The notes below the pieces were generated by a model that saw nothing but the letters and a program-made list of their open reading frames with translations, did not search any database and had not been told where the DNA came from. From Harriotta raleighana (lineage: Eukaryota), in the NCBI GenBank assembly GCA_050575255.1, contig JBNZDD010013686.1, positions 3,840,801 to 3,904,800 of the forward strand: 64,000 nt of DNA, in the 5' to 3' direction. A program made the position numbers and the translations under genes. This document shows, piece after piece, positions 50,381 through 63,799 of the stretch. How positions within the stretch are numbered: position 1 is the first letter of the stretch; each line of letters starts with the position of its first letter.

Positions 50381-52542
50381 ACTGTATATTATGTTTCACC
50401 GTTTGTTCCATTTATTTGCCCAGGGTCCCCCCATCCGCCACCAAAAAAAAGTCTGGTTCACTGCCACAAATCCAAATTTTCATGTTTTTCTCAGGCATGG
50501 AATACTAAGTACATTAATATGGCCCAATGGATTTGCAACATTTTGCTCTGTGCCTGTCAATGAATCATTGAAATGTGCTTTTTTTTGGAGGGTGGGAGAA
50601 ATTGAAATTCCGAGGTGTGTGTTTTAAGAAAACATTGAAAGGACTATATAAGATGTATTTGTTGGGGGAAGTGTGATTGATATTTTAAGCTGTTTTAAGA
50701 TTTCAAGATGTTATTGATTTTCAGAGAGAGGTGAAATTTTTCCGGTAATGTACCTTTTGACACACAGCGTTAACAACAACAACAAATTACATTTGTACAG
50801 CACCTTTCACTTTAACCAAAATGATAGCATGTCACAAGAATGTTATTTATATGCTGCAAGGCAGGCAGCAGAGCATTCTAAAGGTATTAGTGTATGGAAT
50901 TGTTACTGCCCTCCCTATTAGTCTTGCGATATGTTTAAAAATTCAGAACTGTTTTGGAAGTGAAGGAAAACATTGTTTAGTTATTAGTCCTAGAGGATTA
51001 ATTTGTGGCAGCATTGTGTGAGTTGGATGTTGTAGAATATGCAAATTGTCCTTATATAGCTGCATCTGAAACACTACGGGGAAACGATTGCCCACAGAGG
51101 CTGGTGTGTTCTGCTAAAGAAAGCGTGTTGCATGTAAGGAAATGGTACAAAGGGCTATTTATATGCACTAAAAAGACCTGAGTATGATTGCAGATGGTGT
51201 TTAGTTTTTTTTAGAAAAAAGGGTTTCATCCTATATACAGCATTTACTAGTTTGGGCTGCAGATGTTACTGTTTATTTTTACTTCAATACAAAATGTGCT
51301 GGGGAACATCTTTTACGCCTCAGAGAATGTTGTCAATATTCATTTGCAATTTATAAATAAACGCTGGCAAATGAAGGCTGTGTTACAGCGAACAGCAAGA
51401 AAATTTTCGATTATTAAAAAAAATCAAAAAGACGGAGAGAATGGGCCATGGAAAAAGGGCGGATTTTAATTTAAAATTTTACAAATGGATGGTAAAGGGT
51501 GAAAAGTTGCATGTATTTCGAATGGGAGCAAAACATATGGTAGCTTAAAGATAAGGGGGGTCATACTTTCACTTGATCTCACAGTGAGTGGGATAAGCAA
51601 TGATGCATTGGGAAGTTAACCTCAAGAAATCAACAGTTCAGTACAAAAACTAAATGCAATGTTTGCTTCAAGCTCTTAAGGTGCATTTCCTTTGACGTTT
51701 GCAGAACAACAGTGGACTATTTGGCTCTCCATCTTTTGCCAGCTTGGGATTCGACGATCCCGAATCTCGCTGCCAATTTCACAATCCGAAATTCTCTGAG
51801 CTCAAATTGCATTTGACGCAATAAATCCAGTCCATTTTGGATTTGACTCACTTTTCAAACAGCATTAACAGCAAATCATTCTTGATGCCATGTACAAACT
51901 ACAGCCTTATAGAAAGACGACTTTTTATTTTCAGCAACTCTGCCAGTTTGCATGTTGCTAATTGTTTTTTAGTGCACCCCATATTAAAAAGGTGGTTGCT
52001 ATGGTTGCCTCGTGAAACTATTTGTTTTTAGTAAATTTCATTTTTCTTGATCTTGGACAATACTTTTAGACCTGGTCTGGCCAGAATCGGGTACCCTAGC
52101 CTAAAATCGTCATTTGATTAAGGGAAACCACAAGGAGGAAAATCATGGAAACCCATCTGCGGATTAAAAAAAAGAACATTTAAATGGTGCTGTACCTTGA
52201 GGTATTGTTTAGCTGGCCACATAATGAATGTTTCACCTTTAGTGACGGCAAGAATTGCTTTACAAATCAGAACACACACAATGAAGTTCAATCAAGCCAG
52301 TGGAGTGTTATTGAGTCATTGACAGGAACATTTTACTGGGAACTGAGTCCAGGCTGGCAGAATTACAAGCTACTGATGTAGATGCCAAATAATAAATTGT
52401 GTAGGTACAGAGTGTGCTGTACAAAAGATGCCGTTCTCATCGTGGTTAAACTCATAAGTGGACATAAGAACTCAGGAAAATCAGATAAGTCCTGTTTACA
52501 CAAAATGTCAAACTGTTTTACATTGATGAGACTGTGAGAGCC

Positions 52543-52882
52543 AACGTGTCTTCAGTACTGAAAGGAGATTTCTCAGAGGGGACTTTGTAGAGGTGCACAA
52601 GATTTTACACGAGATTGACAGTTCAACCCACAGTAATATTTTTTGATGCCCCACTACAGAGGAACAGAAGGGCTGCAGAGCATTTCTTCACCCTTTTTCT
52701 TTATCTCCCGATCGAGGGTAATTAACGACTGGAACAGGTTTCCAGGTAGGGTGGTTGAGGTTAGAAAGCTGAACCCATTTTATAAGAAAAACGTGTTGCT
52801 ATGATGAGAGTATGGTAAGGAACTATAAGATCAAGTGGGAGCAAAGGGCCTCTTTATCCAAATCTGTTTCGTGATCCTATGT
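52543..52882 (+). mobile_element. Degenerate CR1 LINE 3' fragment
   Basis: tcttcagtactgaaaggagatttctcagaggggactttgtagaggtgcacaagatttt (RRLRGDLIEVxKI-like), gactggaacaggtttccaggtagggtggttgagg, and a 3' end ...gtgatcctatgt. Confidence 0.6.
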
Positions 52883-53009
52883 GTTTCTATTTATATGTCA
52901 AGCTGAAGCACTCTGGATGTAGAAGCAATGTTGGCTCTTTACTGATCAGTGGTGCATGGATGGCAGCTCTCATTTCTGTGGATCCACTGTACTAAATTAG
53001 ATTCAATGT

Positions 53010-53125
53010 AATAATAATAATTCTTGCTTTGGGTATAGTGCCCTATCACGTCTTCAAGACATCTCAAAGTGCTTCACAGAATATACTGTGAAGTGAATTG
53101 ACTGTATATTTTGCGGGTGAAACGT
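53010..53125 (-). mobile_element. SINE 3' tail
   Basis: (taa)n...gacatctcaaagtgcttcacagaatatactgtgaagtgaattgactgtatattttgcgggtgaaacg. Confidence 0.8.
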
Positions 53126-53491
53126 GTAGACTTAACTGGTCAGTGCAATGCCTCCATGGCTACTGCTGGATTTAGATTGCTGAATCAAATCATGTCATTG
53201 AACTGCAAGTTGCATTGATTTCTGTTCAAAAATCACTTAAAGAGAAAATGGATTGTATTAGAAATGTTTTCTTCTGGTATTTCTATTTTTCCATTTTCAT
53301 TTTAGTAGGCATCATGGTACAGTTATCTTTCTATCCACCCTGGGAGAATTAAATGCCTTCCATCATGAAAGGCGCTGTACAAATGTAATTTGTTGTTGTT
53401 GTTGGACAGTGATATTTGGCTTTAGTGAACTGTAGGCTGCCGTGTCCTCTTCTCCCTGAGACAGAATGCTTTGTTTGTATCCAATGTTGCT

Positions 53492-53544
53492 TCTCGATGA
53501 CGGGTAGCAATCAAGAGCGCTCTCTCGATGACGGGTAGCAATCA
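53492..53544. repeat. 22-bp direct repeat TCTCGATGACGGGTAGCAATCA x2
   Basis: Exact copies at 53492-53513 and 53523-53544. Confidence 0.85.
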
Positions 53545-53566
53545 GACTTAAACCCATAAAGCCATA

Positions 53567-53846
53567 AGTCCTGTAGCTCAGTGGTTAGAGCACAAGCAAG
53601 AGACCTGGGATTGATTACGGGCAGAGCGAAACCTTGGGCAAGTTTCCTTACTCTACAGGTCTAACAATAATCCCTAAAAAAAAAAAAATTTTGGCACTCA
53701 ATCCATGACTGTTTGTGTGCAATTGGCTGCCGCATTTTGCCCACAAATATACAGTCAATTCACTTTACAGTATATTCTGTGAAGCGCTTTGAGATATCTA
53801 GAAGATGTGGAAAGCGCTATATGAAATGCAAAGATTATTATTTATT
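53567..53846 (+). mobile_element. tRNA-derived SINE with small internal deletions
   Basis: gtcctgtagctcagtggttagagcac...gcgaaaccttgggcaagtttccttactc...gaagcgctttgagatatctagaagatgtggaaagcgctat. Confidence 0.88.
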
Positions 53847-54610
53847 AGCATTACAACCTGCTGATAACTTTGATGGTATATGTTTCACTGACACTTGGCT
53901 GCTCAATCTGTTGGCTACTTATGACAGTTCTGAAATCTGAACCTTTCTGAAATACACTTGATTCAGTGCAGTGCTGTCACATGAGACAGGGCTTTGGAAT
54001 CAATATCAGCATCAAAAATTGTTTGCAGCAAAAATTGCAATGTATGAGCAATTGTTATGAAGTAATACCTTTGAGGTTTTTTTTTCAATAGTTAACTTAG
54101 AAGGAGGGAGGCAAATCTATTTTGCACAGATGGTGCGTGCTCTATATTTATGGTGGTTTTCTTTTGAATGTCTTGTTTCAATTGATTCTATGTTTAATCG
54201 GGCTCAGCTAGGTGAGGGCAGAGATGCTTTTGTTTGCACCATTTTGCACCAACTGGCAGCAGCCTAATGCAGTTTGGACTCAGGCGAGTTAACGCTGATT
54301 AGAAAGCTCCATTCATGCCATAACAATAGGCCTCATTCAGCTACTCAAAAGGCTACAACTTGTCTCCTCGATCTCTTGTGCAGCTGACTTCACAAGATAA
54401 TGTTAGAAGGTTTATGTCTGCGCAACTGTCCTAAAATGATTGACAGGAAGTGACCTCGATATGATTAGCCAGGGCAGCATGAATCTGAGCATGTGCAGAT
54501 TCTGAGATGTGTACAGGAAGTTGCTTCACCAGATCTAATTGCATCTCCCCCACTCCCAAATGGAATAATAAAATGAACTGTTAGCTACTGATGATGACCA
54601 TATGTACAAA

Positions 54611-54950
54611 AATAATAATAATAATATATAATAATCCTTGCATTTGAAAGAGCGCTTTTCACATCTTATTGAGGTCCCAAAGCGCTTCACAGAATCTACT
54701 GTAAAGTGAATTGACTGTACATTTGTGGGCGGAACACGGCAGCCAATTGCACACAGCAGTGTCCCACAAACAGTCATGGATTGAAATGACCAATTTTATT
54801 ATTGTGGGTTTTTTTTTGTGGAGAGATTATTATTAGGCATGTGGAGTAAGAAAACTTGCCCAAGGTTTCGCCCTGACCTGCCTGGATTCAAACAAACGTC
54901 TCGTGCTTGTAAGGCGAGTGCTCTAACCACTGAGGCACAAAAGCTCCACA
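54611..54950 (-). mobile_element. Full-length tRNA-derived SINE
   Basis: Reverse complement of the 39931 and 23601 copies from the (taa)n tail to the head. Confidence 0.9.
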
Positions 54951-57900
54951 AAAAAAAACTCTTGCACCAATGAATTGAGTATCCCCTACTATAGTAGTTC
55001 CAAATATCCAACCTTTGTAACTCAGAATTAACCTGAAGTCACTTGTAAGCTCAGAACCACTTCACCTGATAATCTTCTTGAGAGTGAACCATTAGCTGAG
55101 TCTTAGCAGTCGGAGCAGGTATCAATGTATCGGAATAAAGAATGTCTAGTCAGACAGTTACAAGCTTCACAGAAGGCTTATCTTCATTCTTTTTTTATAT
55201 ATACACTGTATATAGCTCCAAAAGACTACGGTAACAATTGTTACGCACAATAAATAGTAAGATACTGTACACTGAAAAAGAGCCCAAATGTGTTAAATTA
55301 TAAGAATTGTATTTTTAGTGGTTAAATGCAGTGGAAATCGATGATGAATCGTGGAGGAGGTGGTAACCTTTGTCAAATTAATTACGTTCCTACTGCAGTG
55401 CATTGTGACCAATCTTTTGAAGGATACCTAGAAATAACACATGAGCAAAAGTTCAGCTGCGTGAATCACATTCATGTGGTTGCGGTTGTAAATTGAAAGA
55501 TAAATCCTTCCATATCCCCATGGATCCAGAGGAGAACAGCAAATGAGTATTGGCTATTTTTGTGATCTTTCGACTACAAATAGTGAAATCTGTAGACTTT
55601 GCAGAATTTGTTAAACATGTCTATAATTACCCTGTCCTCCCAAGAAATATTGATTTAAAAAACAGGGTCCTACTTCATACTGATGCATAAATATCTGCAG
55701 CCTTTCTATTGTACTCACTAAGAAAAATTAATAGCATTGTAACAATATTGACCTGAGATTGAAAAGTATAGTATTTTTGTGGCTACTGGATGTGCTCTCA
55801 GACATAAATCCTTCTAATTATTGCGGCGCATAGTCTACAAATAATATATGATGAGTTTTTTTTTTAAATCCTATGATCCTGCATATCCGTTTTTTTCTGC
55901 TCACTTCACTTCTGGTTTGTGTCCTTTTACCACTAACGCAATATGGACTGCACACAATATCAATGCCACTTAAGCATTCTGTGAGTGGATCTGCCCCTCT
56001 TCACTGTTTTCCCTCAAATTTGAGGTGAGGGGATCCATTTGTAAAGACGCACCTGAAAAACGAAAGAGAAAATAATGGTGGTATTTTTCACGTCTGCATT
56101 CAACAATTTCTACCTGTTTCTTTCAATAGATGTACTGTTTGCCTACAAATACACAGTCATTTCTCTCTAAAAAAAAACTGTGAAGCGCTTTGAGATGTGC
56201 TCTGGATGCGAAACGCAACTGAAAGGATTACTGTGTTATTTTTTCTGAAACACTGATTGTCCAGCACCTTGGAATGTCCTCCCGACATGAAAGGTGCTAT
56301 ATAAAAGTAATTTTGTTGTTGTTGTATTAATGTATCTTGTCTATTCCTATTAATGGGTGAATCTATCAGGCTGTGGTGTTTAAAGCAAACAAAAGTTGTG
56401 CAAACAGAAACACGTTTAAGTAAAACAGAATTCTGGTCAGTTAAGGGTGTGTTGAATTATTTTACTATGTTACAATGTGTTCATTTGGCAAAAAAGCTGT
56501 NTAACATTATTTTACTATGTTACAATGTGTTCATTTGGCAAAAAAGCTGTATAGACTTCAAACAAAATAATTACGGTTGGAGTCAGGAGATATTATGCAA
56601 TAGCCTGGTTTCAAAAACCTAAAACTGTCAGGGTCTTGGAAGATTAGGCGGGTGCTCAGCCTGTTAATCCAGTTTAATAGCTGGTGTTGAAAGCATTCCA
56701 GGATGCTTTGGTTTATTTAATTCTTCCTGGCAAGGTGTCGATTCAAGGCATCGCTTAGAAGGTTAAAACTAAACTCAGAATCCCGCCATATAGACAATGT
56801 ATTGTAGTGAATTCCCCATTAACTTTGGAAGTGTTCCCTTGCTACACATGGGACATGAGGTGGGAATATTTTGCTGTAGATGGTAATCTAAACTGTCATA
56901 AATTTGTGTCTATTGCTGGATGATTTAAAGTAAGTCTCGTAGACTGCCTGAGGAAAAAATTCCACACTGTATAGGTTTTAGTACAAGTTACGCTGTTTAA
57001 TAGCGTCAATCAAAACAAGTAGTACCCCATCATTTAGTATCTCATTTTAAGCGTTAAATTCCAGGTTATTTTCCTGTAATAAATCAATAAGAGAAACAGT
57101 GTGGAAAGCTTAATTGCAGTGCTAATAATTGTAGCATATTTTACTTCTGGCTAAAAGCTAAATTCTCACTGTAGAGTTCCCATCAGATGCATTGACGTCA
57201 GCCCTTTTCAATTCACCTTTTTGAATAAGAAAAATGTGTGCTACTCCTTCACTAACAATGTACTTCAGTTGTAATATCTGTATACTCCAGCTGAGAGTCA
57301 GTAACTAGGTTACTGCAATTAAAGGCTTTAAAAGAAGTATAATTGGAATGACTTCAGGGTTTCCACAAACTATTTCCTAAAGCAACGCCAACTGACGTTT
57401 ATCTTTGGGAGACCATTAGGTTTCAAGTTTCTAAAAGGAAAAAGGACTGAGCGAGACATATGAAAAGAAAGGGCCCCAACTAAAAACATATTGAAACCTC
57501 CACCTGAAAATTACAAGGGTTTACTGCAATTGTCATTGGAAGAATTTGCCATTTGGTGGTCAATGCTATCTCCAACAACCAGTGTTTGAAAAGTGGATCA
57601 TATTAAGGGATTCCACAGTGTTTGTCACTTGACAGATATACAGGATTCACTTTTTTTTTTGGGGGGGTCAATTAAGCTGTTGCCTATTTGTACGAGTGGA
57701 TAGTTACTTAAATGGACAACATTTGATTAGATTTCCATTTCTATTGCTGCGTGAAATATAAATATTTAATGAAGGTGATGTTTTGCTGAATGTTCAGCCA
57801 TAATATTAAATCCTGATGAGGTGGCACTTCACTTGAGGAATAGATGTACTGAATTAAGGCATTGGGCTAAGATTAAACTAATGTTTAGCACAATGATATC

Positions 57901-58057
57901 TATCTGGGAAAATTGAATGATTGCCATTGAAGAACTCCAATCCCTAAGGTGAGAAAAACATACCCATTATCTAATCACTTCTGTGGTCTCCAGGAAATAT
58001 ATGGAGAGTTGATATACATATATGAGGTGTGTTTTCAAATGTTTTAATGAATATTAG

Positions 58058-58410
58058 GTATCAGTTTAGTTCAGTTGGTAAAACATTCTTCTTTGGCTCA
58101 AATGGTTATGGATTAAAGCCACATTTGGGGTACTGAGCCAGGTTGACACTCCCAGCAAGTGCATTCCTGGGGGAATGAGCATAGCTTCATAGTAGGTACT
58201 GTTATTCAGATGAAGATGTTAAAACCTGGGCTCCATCTGTCCGTTCAGATGGAAATTGAAGATGCTCCGACAGTATTGGAAAAAAGAAGAGAGTTTCTGG
58301 CATCCTGGTGTCCTGGCCAATAATTCTCCAGCTAAATTTGTCATTCACTTCATGACTATTCGTGGGACCTTGCTGTTCAAATTGGCTGTCATGTTTGCTT
58401 GCTACATTTG
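58058..58410 (+). mobile_element. Old DeuSINE (SacSINE1/LmeSINE1/AmnSINE1-related) with Deu domain
   Basis: Head tcagtttagttcagttggta, ttcagatgaagatgttaaaacc, ctgtccgttcagatgga, ggtgtcctggccaataatt, gtgggaccttgctgttcaaattggctg: recalled Deu-domain landmarks. Confidence 0.7.
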
Positions 58411-58411
58411 A

Positions 58412-58660
58412 TCCCCACACTCTGAAACTCCATCCTGCCATCCCTTTGCTTTGCTTCCTCCCTTTCCTCCTTCCAGACCGGTCTCAAGACCTTCCTCTTC
58501 GACCATGCCTTCTGCTCCTCTCCGAACTCTTCCCCCCTCTACTTTCCTCCCCCCTACCCCGACCCTTCCCCACCCTGCTTGGGTCCCGACCTAACTGTTC
58601 AGCACCTTGGGACGTCCTTCCGACGTGAAAGGCGCAAAATACATGTAATTTTGTTGTTGA
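58412..58660 (+). mobile_element. L2 LINE 3' end
   Basis: ctcaagaccttcctcttcgaccatgcctt (LKTFLF-like, cf. 17566-17585), C-rich UTR, cagcaccttgggacgtccttccgacgtgaaaggcgc...(ttg)n. Confidence 0.8.
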
Positions 58661-61172
58661 CCGTGGATCAGCCTGGCTCAGTTGCTCGACTACTGAGGCC
58701 ACAAAAAATCAGCTTGATTCTGAACTTCTATTGCCAAGTGTGTTAACTTGAAACTGACTGCACCCCAAGGAGACTTTCCATCCATTGAGGAGAGTCATTA
58801 ATTTGTCCTGAAATATCTTAACAAGTGCGGATTTGAGCCCTCACTAAGCAAATAGGTGATCCAGGAACTCCTCAATTCAGTGCATCTCAACATAAATCCC
58901 TTGAAGTACTGTGTGCTTTACCAGCAATGTATCTAGCTGAAGCACCACCTTTCAGATTCACTAATAGTTCTAGCGAAACACTGTTTAATGGCTGAGGTGT
59001 ACTGAGCAACAATAGTGATGAGTGGCTAAGTGCAGAGACATTATTGGCTTTGCTCTTTTATTAAATCTTTCTTTGTTTAAAGGCAAACGTTTCTGACCAG
59101 GCGCACTCTTGTGGGATTGGTTTCTAATGCTCGCACTGATGCAAATGAAGTGCAAATGCAAAGTGGTAATGCATGTGTCTGCTGTGTTGATGTGCCAGTG
59201 AATTCAAGTGCAGTATTTATAGACTTTATATGAAAGCTGATGGAGCCAGTGAGTGACCTACAGTGAATGCAGATGAATTGAGCACAGCCCGTGCTGCGGA
59301 TCAGAATAATAATTGAGTTACTGGTTTTGTTTGGCTGGGGAGGCGGGGTTCTAGGTAGATTTGGTAAAAAGCACTGTCAATTGACAGCAAACAATCATTG
59401 ATTAAAATTGGGTTCTAAGCTTTTTCAGTGCAGCTGTTGAAAGACCTTTCAGAATTAATTGATATTCAGAGCCGTTCAGTGTGAGCATTAAGGTTAGTCA
59501 CGTGAGAGAAAAAAAAATGCAATAAAGTGCATTCCTTGTACGGTTTCAAAATACATCTTATTTTATAATGGCATGTAAAGCATTTAGAATAATGTGATAT
59601 AAACCTCGTTGGTTTGCACTCTATAAGATTGTATGTATTTTTTTAATTTCATTTTCAAATGATAATGGTGTCACAGTAACAGCTCCATTTTCATACCCAT
59701 TTTTCCTCCTGGAAATGTTAGCAAACTCTATTAATAGGAGGTTGAGATGTGAAATCATTTGAAAATTCACTCTGCATACATCATCAAAAAGATCCCATCA
59801 TTATGAAGTGCTCCTGTGAAGATAATCTGCGGTCATTACTGTAATGTTCAGTAATAGAAAGTCAATGCAACATCCAGATGACCAAATATTTTAGCTCAGC
59901 TTTATTCTATTGACTAAAAAGGCTTAGCAGCAGAGGGTGATGCAGAATAATGCACACTGTGGTATGTTGTTAGGCCTTTAAGTCATTTTAATTTAGATTT
60001 GATGCCATATGCAGTTTTGGTATTTCTTTGGTGGCTTGTAATAACATACTTGCTGTGGAATTTCGGATGTATGTCAAAGAGAGCATGACCCAATATGCAA
60101 ATATGAAACTGAAGTGCCAAAACGGCATTCAAAATGCTGCACGTGTGCATTGCCTTTCAAGGAACTTCATAAATGAATAATATGAACATAGTGTGACCCA
60201 AATGAAAAATAATTGCAAATTCTTGTTAGGCGTTCGCACAGAAAAAAAATAATGCCATCCATCCAGAAGAATTAACAGAGCTTTCAAACATTTAATTATG
60301 TAATTTAAATAAACAAATTCAGCAGGAAGCACTGTAAATGTTTTATTGTGCATTGCATATTTTTCAGATTATAGTGGCATTGTGCAATGTGCTTAACTTG
60401 AGTGATTAATACTGTATAACATGGGTATGAGTAATGCACACTCTAATAGTGTAAACATCTGCTAATTAATTTTATTGGACCACTAAATTTCTTATTGGAT
60501 TATATCTTTGCAGGCATATTACGGATGGTCTGTGCAGTGACAGGGATTTTTCTTTGGAAGCAAATAAAATTTCCTTTGCTAATCCAATAGATACTGGTCA
60601 ACATGCAGTCGGACAAAACTGAACTGTTTTTTAATGGAGCATTTTTTTTATGTCATGGGGATTTTTTTTAAATCACGGTTACATAAAATGGTAGTCTGAT
60701 CATTCTGATTTTAACTTTGTTTAATGTTTAATCTACATGAAAAGGATTTGCCACACAGTTTTTTTTAAATATTGATTTTATCAATATTTTATAGGTAGCA
60801 CAGTGATTTCTGGTTTGGAATGCCACAGGTTTTTAACTGTAAGGTGTGGTGACTGTATTTTGTGGGGAGATGGTGGCAGGCGATTTGTGAACAGCAAATG
60901 CTTATTTGTCTGTGGCTTTTCAGTGTTTACAGGGTTTGTTTGTTTGAAAATGTAACTGGCTTGTATCATGATACCAAACCAGACAGGGTCAGTATTGTTA
61001 ATTTCTCCAGAGGATTACATTTTGATTCATAAAAACAATTCTCCAAAAGCTGCTCTACAGAATCCAAGCATTGGCTTTTCTCTCCTCCTCCACTCCTTCG
61101 ACTCAACTTCCATTTAAAATCCCCGAGTTGGATGATAGAATTCTGCATCGTAACATTGCCAGATAGTACTAT

Positions 61173-61448
61173 TAATAATAATCCTTGCACTTGAAATAGT
61201 GCTTTTCATGTCTTCTGGACATCTCAAAGCATTTCACAGAATATACTCTTTAAAGTGAATTGGCACAGCAGCAGTGTCCCATAAAGATTCATGCATTGAA
61301 ATAATCAATTTTTAATTGTTTTTTTTGAGGGATTATTATCAGGTGAGTGGAGTAAAGAAACTTGCCCAAGGTTTCGCTCTGCTGGGAATCGAACTCAGGT
61401 CTCTTGCTTGCAAGGCGAGTATTCTAACTCCTGAGCTACACGACTCCA
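61173..61448 (-). mobile_element. tRNA-derived SINE
   Basis: Tail taataataatccttgcacttg through to head gggaatcgaactcagg...gcttgcaaggcgag...tgagctac. Confidence 0.85.
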
Positions 61449-61502
61449 GCAAAGGAGATGGAAGTTGTGAAGTCTTATACAAGAATTAGAGACTTTTGGC
61501 TC

Positions 61503-61680
61503 ATTGCACACAGTATCCCACAAACAGGCGTGGATTGAAATGACCATTTTTTTTTCTTGACGGATTATTATTAGGTGTGTAGAGTAAGGAAACTTGCCCA
61601 AGCTTTCGCCCTGGTTGGCCTGGAATCGAACTCATGTCTCTCGCTTGCAAGACAAGTGATCTAACCACTGAGCTACAGTA
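61503..61680 (-). mobile_element. tRNA-derived SINE, 5' half
   Basis: attgcacacagtatcccacaaacagg...aaacttgcccaag...ggaatcgaactc...ctaaccactgagctac. Confidence 0.85.
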
Positions 61681-63799
61681 CTTCATCAATCACATGGAAA
61701 TTAAATTGCTTCTGTTCAATGAGCCACTAAGACAGTGGAAATTCACACTTCCTGTTAATTTAGCTTCTAGCATCACCTGACTGCCTTAATTCTTGTTTCA
61801 AAAACATTTTTGTTGTCACCCACTCTACTTGGAGGAAAGAATGAGCTTGTATTCAAACACAAAAACTTTCTATGCTGCTAAAGCTCTGAAATTCCCTCCT
61901 GCTGCCCTTCATGCGCTAATTATACCAACTGGAAAAAAAATGGTCCCCACAGACACTGGCGAATTGCAATGTTACAATGATAAGCCAGGGATGAGTTGCG
62001 AGTTACTTTAAATTAAACTGGTCTCTTTCCTTACTGCTTACTGTGTCCCATTGCATTTTCTTTAATGAGTTTGTTTCAGGAGTTTTCTCCCGCTCTTGCA
62101 GTAATCTTGCTGGCAGCCAGCCTGAATATATAGAGATCACTGGCTGATTTGATGTGTTTTGTCTGTGTTTCTGTGCAGTGGTGGATGTTTGACTGATAGG
62201 ATGAGATCTTCATCGGCTGTTTGGTTCTGACAAGCCTGACAGAGCAACACCTAATAAAATTAAAAATATCAATCATGTTTTCTTATTAAAAACACATACA
62301 CGTGTAGTCGTATAAGTAGGATACACATTAGTTAGGTGCAATGCTTTATAACAAACCCATTCTTGGTACCAATCTTAGTAATTCATTCATGTCTGCAGCA
62401 CCAAATGAATTATTTTTTGCAAACCAACGCTGTCAGTATGTATTCTCTATGGATGCATAAAAAACTAACCAAGATTGCTAAATAGATTGTTGAAAATAGG
62501 GATACAAGACTGAATGCCACATTACAATACCTGTATTCATCAGTGTAACATATCACAGTGTGGATGTGAAGTGGATATGAGGGGCTGAATTTTATTGCAC
62601 TAATTTTTAAGACCATTAATATATGTGTTCAATAAATGTGTCAGTCAAAGAATTTCCAGCAAAATATATTTTAATATTACGATTACTCATTATACACTGT
62701 NCTTTCGCCCTGGTTGGCCTGGAATCGAACTCATGTCTCTCGCTTGCAAGACAAGTGCTCTAACCACTGAGCTACAGTACTTCATCAATCACATGGAAAT
62801 TAAATTGCTTCTGTTCAATGAGCCACTAAGACAGTGGAAATTCACACTTCCTGTTAATTTAGCTTCTAGCATCACCTGACTGCCTTAATTCTTGTTTCAA
62901 AAACATTTTTGTTGTCACCCACTCTACTTGGAGGAAAGAATGAGCTTGTATTCAAACACAAAAACTTTCTATGCTGCTAAAGCTCTGAAATTCCCTCCTG
63001 CTGCCCTTCATGCGCTAATTATACCAACTGGAAAAAAAATGGTCCCCACAGACACTGGCGAATTGCAATGTTACAATGATAAGCCAGGGATGAGTTGCGA
63101 GTTACTTTAAATTAAACTGGTCTCTTTCCTTACTGCTTACTGTGTCCCATTGCATTTTCTTTAATGAGTTTGTTTCAGGAGTTTTCTCCCGCTCTTGCAG
63201 TAATCTTGCTGGCAGCCAGCCTGAATATATAGAGATCACTGGCTGATTTGATGTGTTTTGTCTGTGTTTCTGTGCAGTGGTGGATGTTTGACTGATAGGA
63301 TGAGATCTTCATCGGCTGTTTGGTTCTGACAAGCCTGACAGAGCAACACCTAATAAAATTAAAAATATCAATCATGTTTTCTTATTAAAAACACATACAC
63401 GTGTAGTCGTATAAGTAGGATACACATTAGTTAGGTGCAATGCTTTATAACAAACCCATTCTTGGTACCAATCTTAGTAATTCATTCATGTCTGCAGCAC
63501 CAAATGAATTATTTTTTGCAAACCAACGCTGTCAGTATGTATTCTCTATGGATGCATAAAAAACTAACCAAGATTGCTAAATAGATTGTTGAAAATAGGG
63601 ATACAAGACTGAATGCCACATTACAATACCTGTATTCATCAGTGTAACATATCACAGTGTGGATGTGAAGTGGATATGAGGGGCTGAATTTTATTGCACT
63701 AATTTTTAAGACCATTAATATATGTGTTCAATAAATGTGTCAGTCAAAGAATTTCCAGCAAAATATATTTTAATATTACGATTACTCATTATACACTGT
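61603..63799. repeat. 1098-bp tandem duplication across N62701 (likely assembly overlap)
   Basis: 61603-62700 and 62702-63799, offset 1099, with identical ORFs in the track. I saw one substitution (gtgat vs gtgct). Confidence 0.9.

Noticed and set aside
61603-63799. Recent 1.1-kb tandem duplication with duplicated ORFs
   Set aside because: Near-identical copies separated by a single N are typical of unmerged contig overlap, and the same pattern occurs at N8388, N15725 and N56501.
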